DNA from: Methanomicrobiales archaeon
Lineage (GTDB): Archaea; Halobacteriota; Methanomicrobia; Methanomicrobiales; Methanospirillaceae
Direction: 5' to 3'
NCBI GenBank assembly: GCA_037137755.1
Contig: JBAXJR010000045.1
Span: forward strand, 1-17,831
DNA length: 17,831 bases
The notes below the pieces were generated by a model. The model saw nothing but the letters and a program-made list of their open reading frames with translations, was not told the DNA's origin and did no database searches. The first letter of the stretch is position 1, and every line of letters begins with the position of its first letter. Positions 6,966 to 15,410 of this stretch are shown piece by piece. Made by a program: the position numbers and the translations under genes.

Positions 6966-7507
6966 GCCGGTACCGCCAGTCTCGCGGTTTCTTCTTCGAC
7001 CAGGGTAATCATGTTACCCCGTTCACTGGTCCACCATTCCGGGGCATCACGATACCGGCCATCCGTTGCCTGAAGAGTTTCCTTCACCCATAACAAGCGG
7101 TCCGGTTTTGTTACTATTGCCAGGTCGTCGGGTTTCAGTGATATGTAGAGCTCGTCGCTTTTCGCGTCCGGTGGAGCATAGATGTTTAACTTCCCGGAGA
7201 CGGCGATAAACTGGGGCGCTTCAATCAACGACAGGGCTGCATACGCCTTCTGCTGATATTGAGGGTGCACCTTCATCCTGATCATGCCGGTCGGGTCGGA
7301 CAAAAATCCTGCAATGCTGCCGTGTACATCCTTCTTTGTGCCGGTCAGGACGCCGATCCAGAAGAACCGGTACGCCCGTTCACCGTTCGGAAGAATTGCA
7401 TAGGTGGGGGCAGTTTTTTCCCCGTTTTCTTTTCCCGTCTCGCGGACCTGTTGCATTTCGATAATGGAGATCCGTCGTCCGGGCTGGGGAATGTATGGGT
7501 CCGACAT
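6962..7507 (-). CDS. RPA-associated OB-fold protein (RPAP / RPA32-like, COG3390-type)
   Basis: APTYAILPNGERAYRFFWIGVLT, DPTG, YQ, FIAVSGK and DRLLWVKET match euryarchaeal RPA-associated proteins; directly coupled (TAATG) to the RPA gene. Confidence 0.8.
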   Translation of the reverse strand: MSDPYIPQPGRRISIIEMQQVRETGKENGEKTAPTYAILPNGERAYRFFWIGVLTGTKKDVHGSIAGFLSDPTGMIRMKVHPQYQQKAYAALSLIEAPQFIAVSGKLNIYAPPDAKSDELYISLKPDDLAIVTKPDRLLWVKETLQATDGRYRDAPEWWTSERGNMITLVEEETARLAVPA

Positions 7508-8451
7508 TATGCCGCCTCCGGGAATGTGATAAACGCCGCGTCCTGTGCGAACGCCTGCTCATTCATCGGTGTCGAGTGCACCATCAGGGCGCGCCCAAAG
7601 ATCAGATCGTGCAGGCGCTTTTCAACGGCGAACAACCCGCCGACGGGCTGTGTCCGTACGACCTCCTCCGCGTCCGAAACCGAGAAGCCCGTTAAATCTT
7701 CTATCACGGATGCGTTGAGATAGACAATCCGGGCGGTTTCTCCGTCAAGTATCACCCGGGCTCGCAGGTCCGGGATAGATTGCTGCTGAACACCGTGATC
7801 GGTGCAGAAGTACCCGCCGGCGCATACGGTAAGTGGTTTCCTGCATTTTTCAACCGGGCACCGGTTCACCATCCCGGCACTCAGTACTTTGGTAATGAAG
7901 CCTGTCAGAGTGTCACGGTCGGTGCGCTTGACCTGGATGTCTTCTTTCCATGGCTTAACTTCTGCCTGTGTTGTGATCAGCTGCACCCTGTCGTTGTAGA
8001 AATCAACGTTGGCCCACTGGATCTCGTAACATTTCCCTTCAACGAAGGGTTCCGGGTTCGCTGCATTCTTCCAGGTCGTGATCTTGCAGGTCCCCGTCGC
8101 GTCACCAATGATCCCCACCTGGGCCATTCGCGGATGGTTAGGTGGAAACAGTTTTACCATCTTCGCGATGACCGCGACGGGCTCCATCTTCGCACAGTTA
8201 CCTATCTTTTCGATTGGGCTGATAGCGAGATCGTCCGCATCGTCCGGGACACTTGGCAGGGAAGAAGTAATTCCCTTCCGGGTCTTGATAGCAGATTCAA
8301 CGGATCGTAACGCGCTGTCTTCCAGTACGTCAAATTCAATCGTTAATCTGTTCCATAAGGTTTCGAAATAGTCCAAATCCTCAACAGTAAATTCGGTGCC
8401 CTTGTTTCGGTAGGTATCCAGAAGGGCAGTTACCTTGTCATTCATGTTCAA
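7507..8451 (-). CDS. rpa: Replication protein A (ssDNA-binding, OB folds plus Zn finger)
   Basis: QVGIIGDATGTCKITTW OB motif; RCPVEKCRKPL...CTDHG Zn finger; DLRARVILDG. Start is TTG 8451 or ATG 8445. Confidence 0.85.
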   Translation of the reverse strand: MNMNDKVTALLDTYRNKGTEFTVEDLDYFETLWNRLTIEFDVLEDSALRSVESAIKTRKGITSSLPSVPDDADDLAISPIEKIGNCAKMEPVAVIAKMVKLFPPNHPRMAQVGIIGDATGTCKITTWKNAANPEPFVEGKCYEIQWANVDFYNDRVQLITTQAEVKPWKEDIQVKRTDRDTLTGFITKVLSAGMVNRCPVEKCRKPLTVCAGGYFCTDHGVQQQSIPDLRARVILDGETARIVYLNASVIEDLTGFSVSDAEEVVRTQPVGGLFAVEKRLHDLIFGRALMVHSTPMNEQAFAQDAAFITFPEAA

Positions 8452-8660
8452 ACAACTCGTAGTTTATTCTCTTTGATCAGTACACGCTCGGCAAAGTTCC
8501 GGTGAATTCTTGGCAAACGGTTTAATTCGTCCCTTGAAATTGTCTGAACATTTTGAGAAAACATCAAGTCGTTTGAATAAGAAACCATGTTTGCCGATGT
8601 CATGTCGTGCATGGGCCCGGTGTCGTCGCAAGCGTTCCGGGCCTGTTTTGCTTTTCTCAC
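8448..8660 (-). CDS. Hypothetical protein (70 aa)
   Basis: GTG start overlapping the upstream stop (GTGA); its stop overlaps the rpa start (TTGA). Confidence 0.6.
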   Translation of the reverse strand: MRKAKQARNACDDTGPMHDMTSANMVSYSNDLMFSQNVQTISRDELNRLPRIHRNFAERVLIKENKLRVV

Positions 8661-8797
8661 GAAATCATCCCGCCGGGAGGTCCGCGTTCGTTCAACAGTC
8701 TTTGCAACAGGTGATCATATGTTTCACCTTTCATCCCGAGGGTTTTCAGTCGTGAAACCGTTTCGGGATACACCTGTATGGTCGTCTTTCGATCCAT
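8657..8797 (-). CDS. Small ribbon-helix-helix (CopG/antitoxin-like) regulator, 46 aa, not in ORF track
   Basis: Hand translation MDRKTTIQVYPETVSRLKTLGMKGETYDHLLQRLLNERGPPGGMIS has the archaeal RHH pattern TTIQV..ET..RL..L...GETYD.LL.RLL. First gene of the operon. Confidence 0.8.
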   Translation of the reverse strand: MDRKTTIQVYPETVSRLKTLGMKGETYDHLLQRLLNERGPPGGMIS

Positions 8798-8903
8798 GAA
8801 GATCTATTATCTATCATTATATTTAACCATTGCACATCATGGGGTATACCATCATATTACAGTAAATATCATAAGCGTTCACGATCATTATGACATAACC
8901 AGC
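8798..8903. promoter_or_regulatory. Divergent promoter region
   Basis: AT-rich gap between head-to-head regulators. Minus-strand TTAAATATA at 8818-8826 is about 25 nt upstream of ATG 8797 (leaderless spacing). Confidence 0.6.
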
Positions 8904-9839
8904 ATGGCAGACAATGAACCGAAAGATGATGACCTGACCCTACACGCTAGATCGTTAATGTTAGGGCGAGGGGGCCAGTTAGAAAAAAGCAGAGAGGACC
9001 GTTATTCCCAGGGTGTCACCCAGAGAGAAATTGTCAGATATATTTTAGAGTTTGACAAGGGTGTCGATGAACCAAGGATCAGGGATCATCTGAAAGAGAC
9101 CCTGCTCATACGGGCAATGCGAAATATAAAAACACATCTTGAAAGATTGGAGAAAGAGGGCATAATTCAAAAAGTACAAACAAAAGGTGGGCCTAATGTC
9201 TGGACCCTCGCCTATGATACCACTCAAATAACTAAGTATCACCCGGCGTGGATTGGGTACGATGCAGTCAGCGGCTTTTTAGTCCACGAGTTTTTCAACC
9301 GATGGGACAATGCCGGGTATTTGGGCTACCGTCCGTTAATTGAGATTTTTAATGCGAAAGGTACGCAAAAATTCATCGAAAAGAAAGACTGGACAAAACT
9401 AGTGACTCAATATCTTACTCTCCACCGAGGGACAAACGATCCTGACGGAAGAATGCAAGGATTCATCGATCTTTTCAAACAGGGAATCACTATTTCCCCT
9501 ACTCTGTTTAGGGAAATGTTTACCCCAAAATTTGAAACTCACCTGGTAGCGTCGTTATTATTCGAACCGCTTGAAAAAAATAGGCCCTTATCAAAAGACG
9601 ATTCATGGGATTTGGAACGGGATTCTTTTCTTATGTTGCTTTTGGCGCCGTTATTGATCGATGCAGTAAAACATCCTACCCAAAAACCAAAAATTTCTGA
9701 ATTTATATGGGGTGCGTTGGATTCGTACCGCGTGGCGGGAGATGAGAAGAATATTCTCCATGATAAGTACAGGCAATCGGCTGCTGCGTTTGTTACCTTC
9801 GAGGAAATAATTAATGAACGTGAATTATTTTTAGGCTGA
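8904..9839 (+). CDS. Winged-helix DNA-binding protein with uncharacterised C-terminal domain
   Basis: TQREIVRYILE..GVDEPRIRDHLKE...NIKTHLERLEKEGIIQK...GPNVW is wHTH-like. Start moved to ATG 8904 because the 8778 start would overlap the RHH gene and promoter. Confidence 0.7.
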   Translation: MADNEPKDDDLTLHARSLMLGRGGQLEKSREDRYSQGVTQREIVRYILEFDKGVDEPRIRDHLKETLLIRAMRNIKTHLERLEKEGIIQKVQTKGGPNVWTLAYDTTQITKYHPAWIGYDAVSGFLVHEFFNRWDNAGYLGYRPLIEIFNAKGTQKFIEKKDWTKLVTQYLTLHRGTNDPDGRMQGFIDLFKQGITISPTLFREMFTPKFETHLVASLLFEPLEKNRPLSKDDSWDLERDSFLMLLLAPLLIDAVKHPTQKPKISEFIWGALDSYRVAGDEKNILHDKYRQSAAAFVTFEEIINERELFLG

Positions 9840-9855
9840 ACACATATTGAATCCT

Positions 9856-9994
9856 CCTGAACAACTGAACTGTTCAGGGAAAATATCTGTTTTAATCGTT
9901 TTGTATCCAATTCAGAGGGTTTAATACCGCTCAAAAATTCACAAAAAAGACGTTGAACACGTGAACACCAAAAAACCCAAGAGAAAGAAAAAAA
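9856..9994. terminator. Convergent terminator region
   Basis: Inverted repeat cctgaaca...tgttcagg at about 9856-9878 and A-runs (minus-strand T-tracts) directly after the integrase stop. Confidence 0.45.
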
Positions 9995-11224
9995 TTATGT
10001 CAATTTCGGATCTGCCAGGGCTGGGAATCTGGGATCACTTTCAATCATGTTGGTCAGGTACTTCATCCGTTCCACGTCGCGGAGGATAATCCCGATCTGG
10101 TTTTTGAGTTGAAGGTTTTCATTGGACAGGTGCACAATCAGATCACTATGTGCCGCCATTTTGTTCTCGAAGCTGTTTGATATTTCCTGCAGTTCCCGTG
10201 GTGCCTGGATGGTAACCCTAAATTCATTTTTCAGGTATGCCTCTTTCATTTGCGCTTTGCTGATGCGCCGGTATGCGTCGGTGAGATACCCCGCATGTCC
10301 CATTAACGCCTCGACAATATCGACCGGGCACGACATGCCTAATTGCGACCTGAAGAATTTTCTTAACATATGCACGTGAATTTGTTTTCTCCCTGTTGAA
10401 GAGTCCAGGGAGAAAAGGTCTGAGTTTTTTAACGCCGTCTCCCACATCTGGCTAACGACATGCGTCGAGAACGGGAACAAATGATTATCATCAATATTTT
10501 TGGCCTTGCCTTTTCCCGCGCGAACAAGACCCCTGTTCCTGTTCTCAGCTGACACCAGATATTTTTCACGGACCTTTAACCATTCGTTTACGGCCAAGGC
10601 CGCCTCTTTGCTGATGAATGTAAAACGTTGCATCTTCGTTTTGGTGTATTCCCCACGAATCGTTATCTCGGCGGGATCCGATTTAAGGTCAATATCGGAT
10701 ACCTGTAATTGAAGGATTTCACCTATTCGCGCCCCGCTACTCGCTAGGACGAGACACAATGCCCGGCCGCGTGCGTCCATGTGTGCGATCAACGACTTGA
10801 CAGTTTCGTGCTCGATCTCGCGTTCAACAGTTCGGGCATTACCCAGGGGAAGTTTTGCCTTTACCATGTCGCGCTGTTTTTGTGAAAGGTCAATATCATG
10901 AAATTTAAAAAACTCGTTAATTGCGTTATATCGAAGTTTCACGGTTAATGGTGGTTCATCCTTCAGACTTATGATATATCGCTTGAAATCATTGGTATAA
11001 TCCCGGTCTTCTGCCAGGTATCGCGTTGCAAGTTCTGAATACAGGGCATGATCTTCTTCAGTTGCATATCTCGTTTTGCGGTGTTTCTTTTCGTAAATGA
11101 AATCAAGGAACGAATATACACTTGACCGGTAAGCGTGTAACGTGCTTGTGGCCCGGCACTCACTGACAAAATCACCGATGGGATCCTTTTGCCGTTCCTG
11201 TCTGGTTTCCCCTGGCATGATCAC
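9995..11224 (-). CDS. int: Tyrosine recombinase / integrase
   Basis: Catalytic residues in order: SGARIGE (R), YTKTK (K), HMLRKFF (HxxR), LMGH, AY (Y). N-terminal SAM-like core-binding region and a C-terminal coiled-coil tail. Confidence 0.95.
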   Translation of the reverse strand: MIMPGETRQERQKDPIGDFVSECRATSTLHAYRSSVYSFLDFIYEKKHRKTRYATEEDHALYSELATRYLAEDRDYTNDFKRYIISLKDEPPLTVKLRYNAINEFFKFHDIDLSQKQRDMVKAKLPLGNARTVEREIEHETVKSLIAHMDARGRALCLVLASSGARIGEILQLQVSDIDLKSDPAEITIRGEYTKTKMQRFTFISKEAALAVNEWLKVREKYLVSAENRNRGLVRAGKGKAKNIDDNHLFPFSTHVVSQMWETALKNSDLFSLDSSTGRKQIHVHMLRKFFRSQLGMSCPVDIVEALMGHAGYLTDAYRRISKAQMKEAYLKNEFRVTIQAPRELQEISNSFENKMAAHSDLIVHLSNENLQLKNQIGIILRDVERMKYLTNMIESDPRFPALADPKLT

Positions 11225-11574
11225 TGATTTTGTTAGGTAACGGGATAAACATAACTATTCATTCTACTGTTGATAGACAAATAAGCAATCTTAATATTAT
11301 TGTACCTGGTAATTGCAAAAACATCGTAACCGGCAGATGAATTTTCCCCATTTTTAATACTCCCTGACTCATAACAGCCGGAATATTGGCATCTAAAAAT
11401 TCAGGGGACAATTATTTGGTGAAATCATATTTATCCCTTTTAACGGGTAGTATCCGGGACCCCCGGCGTACCAGGACCAAATATATCAGCATAATGGTGC
11501 AGGCAATATTTTTTACCATTTTAAAAGAAATAATTTCTGAATCTCATTATGCAAATTCTGAGAGGTGACGATAG

Positions 11575-13635
11575 TTGTACCAATTGAATTTACTAGTGTT
11601 TATTTCGGTGGTATGCCTGGTTGCACTTGCCATTGCAGGGCTTTTTGCCCGGCAGGTGCTCAGGGCAGAGACCGGAAGCGTGAAAATGGCCGAAGTAGCG
11701 GCTGCCATCCGTGAGGGGGCCGAAGCCTTCCTGAAGCGGCAGTATTCGACCATTGCAGTCCTTGCGATCGTTGTGGCGATTTTACTCTTTGCTGCATACA
11801 TGATCTCAGGGAGCAGCACAACTGCCTGGCAAACTGCCGTGGCGTTCCTGCTTGGAGCATTTCTCTCCTCTATTTCCGGGATTATCGGCATGTGGATATC
11901 TGTCCGGGCAAACCTTCGTTCAGCGGCAGCAGCAACAAAGAATGCGGGAAAAGCGGTTGTCCTTGCGCTCAGGGGTGGGGCCGTATCAGGTCTCACCATC
12001 GTATCCCTCTCGCTTCTTGGTGTCTCGTTAATCTTCTACGCCTTTGGTGCTGACCCCGTAACGACCCCGTTCCTTATCGTGGGGTTTGCTTTCGGTGCGT
12101 CATTCATTGCACTCTTCGCCCAGCTTGGCGGTGGGATATATACAAAAGCCGCTGATGTGGGTGCTGACCTTGTTGGAAAGATAGAGGCAGGGATCCCGGA
12201 AGATGACCCAAGAAACCCGGCCGTAATTGCCGACCTTGTGGGAGACAACGTCGGTGACTGCGCTGGCCGTGGAGCAGACCTGTTTGAATCGACGGCAGCA
12301 GAGAACATCGGGGCCATGATCCTCGGTGTGGCACTCTTCTCGGTATTCGGAATGAATGGAATTCTGTTCCCGCTGGTGATGGGTGCCTTCGGCCTGATTG
12401 CCACGATCGTGGGAATATTCTTTGTCACCGAGAAGCTCGCTGACCAGGAAGACCCGATGAAAGCATTATACCGCGGGTTTTTTGTCACGGCCATTCTTTC
12501 TGCGGTTTTCCTTTACGTCGCAACGACCTGGCTGCTCAACAATAACCTCTGGTTCTTCTATGCGGGACTTGTCGGTATCGCGCTCTCCATCGTGTTCGTA
12601 TACCTGACCCTGTACTACACCGATCACAAGTACCGCCCGGTCAAGTCAATTGCCGAGGCCTCGAAGACCGGCCCCGGGACGAACATCATTTCAGGGTTTG
12701 CCGTTGGTCTTGAAACAACCGCTGTATCAGCAGTTGCAATCGGTGTAGCCCTGATTGTGTCATTCAAGCTCGGTGAATTTTCCGGAGTGACAAACGGCGG
12801 TCTCTATGGTACCGCGGTTGCAACAGTCGGCATGCTTTCCACCTGTGCCTACATCCTCGCGATGGACACATTCGGACCTATTGTTGACAATGCCGGTGGT
12901 ATTGTTGAGATGAGCGGGGAATCCGAAGAGACACAGAAGAGGATTTCACGCCTCGATGCGGCAGGAAATACCACGAAAGCGCTTACCAAGGGGTATGCCG
13001 TGGGTTCTGCAGCGCTTGCAGCGTTCCTGCTCTTCAGTGCCTACATGGGCGAGGTTTCGAATCTTACCCACAAGCCCTTTGTCAGCGTAAACCTGGCCCT
13101 TGTACCGGTATTCGTCGGTGCGCTTCTTGGTGCAATGCTCGTGTTCCTCTTTGCGTCCCTTGCAATAAGGGCCGTTGGGGAAACAGCACAGTATATTATC
13201 CAGGATGTCCGGCGCCAGTTCAAGGATAAGGGCATCCTTGAAGGGACTGTCAAACCTGACTACGCAAGCTGCGTTGACATTACCACAAAAGGTGCACTCA
13301 AGAACATGATCCTCCCGGGTTTCATCGCAATTGCGGTCCCGGTGTTTGTCGGGTTTGCATTAAAATATGAGGCAATGGCCGGCTTCCTGATGGTCGCTAC
13401 CATTACCGGTGTCCTCATGGCACTGGTGCTGAATAACAGCGGCGGTGCATGGGACAATGCCAAGAAATACATCGAGAGTGGTGCGCTCGGTGGAAAGGGA
13501 AGCGAGGCCCACAAGGCTGCGGTTGTCGGTGATACCGTCGGTGACCCGTTCAAGGACACTGCAGGGCCATCCCTCCACGTGCTCATCAAGCTACTGGCGA
13601 CCCTTACCCTGGTGCTTGCACCCCTGTTCATCTGA
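11575..13635 (+). CDS. hppA: Membrane-bound proton-translocating pyrophosphatase, K+-independent type
   Basis: GGGIYTKAADVGADLVGKIE, DNVGD and GDTVGDPFKD motifs; GNTTKA (Lys) signature; GAGGTGA RBS before the TTG start. Confidence 0.95.
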   Translation: MYQLNLLVFISVVCLVALAIAGLFARQVLRAETGSVKMAEVAAAIREGAEAFLKRQYSTIAVLAIVVAILLFAAYMISGSSTTAWQTAVAFLLGAFLSSISGIIGMWISVRANLRSAAAATKNAGKAVVLALRGGAVSGLTIVSLSLLGVSLIFYAFGADPVTTPFLIVGFAFGASFIALFAQLGGGIYTKAADVGADLVGKIEAGIPEDDPRNPAVIADLVGDNVGDCAGRGADLFESTAAENIGAMILGVALFSVFGMNGILFPLVMGAFGLIATIVGIFFVTEKLADQEDPMKALYRGFFVTAILSAVFLYVATTWLLNNNLWFFYAGLVGIALSIVFVYLTLYYTDHKYRPVKSIAEASKTGPGTNIISGFAVGLETTAVSAVAIGVALIVSFKLGEFSGVTNGGLYGTAVATVGMLSTCAYILAMDTFGPIVDNAGGIVEMSGESEETQKRISRLDAAGNTTKALTKGYAVGSAALAAFLLFSAYMGEVSNLTHKPFVSVNLALVPVFVGALLGAMLVFLFASLAIRAVGETAQYIIQDVRRQFKDKGILEGTVKPDYASCVDITTKGALKNMILPGFIAIAVPVFVGFALKYEAMAGFLMVATITGVLMALVLNNSGGAWDNAKKYIESGALGGKGSEAHKAAVVGDTVGDPFKDTAGPSLHVLIKLLATLTLVLAPLFI

Positions 13636-13645
13636 TGAACGGGCG

Positions 13646-13710
13646 TTATTTTTTTTTAAAAACCGGCGAATATCGCCTTTTTTCCAAAAATTCTGACAAG
13701 ATTTTTTTCG
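13646..13710. terminator. T-tract terminator region between convergent hppA and DP1 genes
   Basis: Long T-runs just after the hppA stop, with a short ggcga/tcgcc palindrome. Confidence 0.55.
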
Positions 13711-13806
13711 TGATTTTCACGAGAGGGGATTTCGTAAGTTATTGAAAAAAAGCATTCAGTCATGATACTGGCACATATCCGGTATCCCTTTCAAATGGAT
13801 GAAAAA

Positions 13807-15225
13807 TTATCCCAGGATAACCATTTCCTCGCCACTAAAGTCATGAATTGTGGGTACCAATGTCTGCAGGTCAAGGACAACTGCACGTGCAGGGGTGGGA
13901 TTGATGTTCATCTGCTTCTGGAATGCCGTCTGGGACTGCCATGTCCCTGCGTTGATTGCGAGCGTTCCGTGGTACTGGACGATCCCCATCACGTGAACAT
14001 GGCCGGTCATGAGTACTTCGGGGATGGGGTCGATCATCAGGTGGTCCTGCCGGTCTGCAGCGATCGGTGTTTTTCTCCCGTACGTAGGTGCGAGGTGGCG
14101 GCGTTTGAGCATCCATTCCATCATAGGGGACGGGTTCTCGTAGGAAGCACCCGGTGTAAGGCCGATCTGGTCATCGATTGACCTGCCGTGGTACATCAGC
14201 ACCCTGACCCCCTGGAGGCTTACGAGCGCGGGGTTTTCGACAAAGACACAATTATCAGGGAATTTTCCCGTAAATTTTCTAGGAATTGCCGGTTGGGGTT
14301 CGGCCCCCCTGACCACGTCGTGGTTGCCGGGAGCGAGGATAATTTTTAACCGTGACGGGAGTGACTGGAGCAGTTCCCCGAGGAAGTCATACTGCTCGTA
14401 GATATTCTTAATCGTGAGTTCTGCCTCCTGACCCGGGTAAATACCGATCCCGTCCACAAGGTCTCCGGCGCACAGGAGGTAGGAGACATCAGCCCCGCCG
14501 ATCCATTCTGAAAACCTGTCCCATGCATCATCGAGGAATGTATCACTGCCCACGTGGATATCAGAAATCAATACCGCTTTACCAGGAGTCTCGCTTGTAT
14601 AGGGTGCATGGCTGTGGGGGATATCCGGTCTCATGAGCTGGTCGGCAAACAGCAGTTTTCCATCAGATGAGAGCGAACCCTTCACCCCGATCACCTCATC
14701 CGGGAGCAGCGTTTCAGCATCAGAAAACCCGGGCCTATCTTTGTTGAAGAGCACTGCCACGGTACCGGTGGCATCTTCCACGTCAACGCGCCGGTGACCC
14801 TTCGTTGTGCTTTTTACCTCAGAAACAAGCCCGATAATCGTGCATTTCTCCTCCCGGTACCGTGGCTTCTTCAATGCCTCGATAGGCATGGCACTGCACC
14901 TGCTCCGGATAAGTCCCCCAAGACAATCATAACGGTGACGGAAATAATGGAGATAATCTGCTACCCCGAGTACGCCACCGGACGACCCTTCGCTGCCGTT
15001 GATAATCTCGACTTCGGGGTCGGTCAGGAACCGTGTCCCGTCTTTTGAAAGCCCCATTCCCGGGACATGCTGTGCCAGCACGACGATAGTGTCATCCGGG
15101 ACGGAGGAAACCACTCGTTCCAGCAGATCGGTGTCCCCTTTTTCGGCAAGATATCTCACCACTTCAGGGTGTACCTGTAATTTTGTATCGAGAAACCGCT
15201 GGACGATGGTCTCGGTGTTAAGCAT
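13807..15225 (-). CDS. polB: DNA polymerase D small (proofreading exonuclease) subunit DP1
   Basis: OB fold followed by calcineurin-like motifs SDIHVG, GDLVDGIGIYPGQ, PGNHD, YHGRS, RHLAPTYG and GHVH. Confidence 0.96.
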   Translation of the reverse strand: MLNTETIVQRFLDTKLQVHPEVVRYLAEKGDTDLLERVVSSVPDDTIVVLAQHVPGMGLSKDGTRFLTDPEVEIINGSEGSSGGVLGVADYLHYFRHRYDCLGGLIRSRCSAMPIEALKKPRYREEKCTIIGLVSEVKSTTKGHRRVDVEDATGTVAVLFNKDRPGFSDAETLLPDEVIGVKGSLSSDGKLLFADQLMRPDIPHSHAPYTSETPGKAVLISDIHVGSDTFLDDAWDRFSEWIGGADVSYLLCAGDLVDGIGIYPGQEAELTIKNIYEQYDFLGELLQSLPSRLKIILAPGNHDVVRGAEPQPAIPRKFTGKFPDNCVFVENPALVSLQGVRVLMYHGRSIDDQIGLTPGASYENPSPMMEWMLKRRHLAPTYGRKTPIAADRQDHLMIDPIPEVLMTGHVHVMGIVQYHGTLAINAGTWQSQTAFQKQMNINPTPARAVVLDLQTLVPTIHDFSGEEMVILG

Positions 15226-15410
15226 CTGATCTAATACTATCCCCTGCCGCTGATATAGGATTTTAGATCGGGGTCAGAAAAGGAAATCGTTAAGGGTCTG
15301 GTATGGACTTGTCAGGTCATGGGACTGCCACGGAGAGATCCCCCCCGCTATTCAAATCGATGCCCGGACGCGATTAATTATATGACAATAGTACAAAGAT
15401 AGAAGGACGA

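Larger units (their letters stand above)
1..11230. mobile_element. Integrated archaeal mobile element (integrative plasmid/ICE-like or provirus), right part; left end outside window
   Basis: Tyrosine integrase at the boundary with housekeeping genes, plus Prim-Pol/helicase-like replication protein, element-borne RPA pair, excisionase-like HTH and many small coupled hypothetical genes. No att site identified, so the right boundary is approximate (somewhere in 11225-11560). Confidence 0.88.

Noticed and set aside
8778-8903. N-terminal extension of the 353-aa ORF
   Set aside because: Overlaps the RHH gene and the AT-rich divergent promoter; ATG 8904 is the more plausible start.
11362-11406. ccctga-CTCATA...tcaggg resembling an intron-containing tRNA-Met anticodon arm, plus ccccggcgtacca at about 11461-11473 resembling a tRNA 3' end
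   Set aside because: No D-arm, T-arm (GTTCRA) or acceptor stem; too weak to call a tRNA or att remnant.
3563-11463. Direct repeat tccgggacccc at 3563-3573 and 11453-11463 as possible attL/attR
   Set aside because: Only 11 bp, GC-rich, inside a probable ORF, and element-type genes continue to the left of it.
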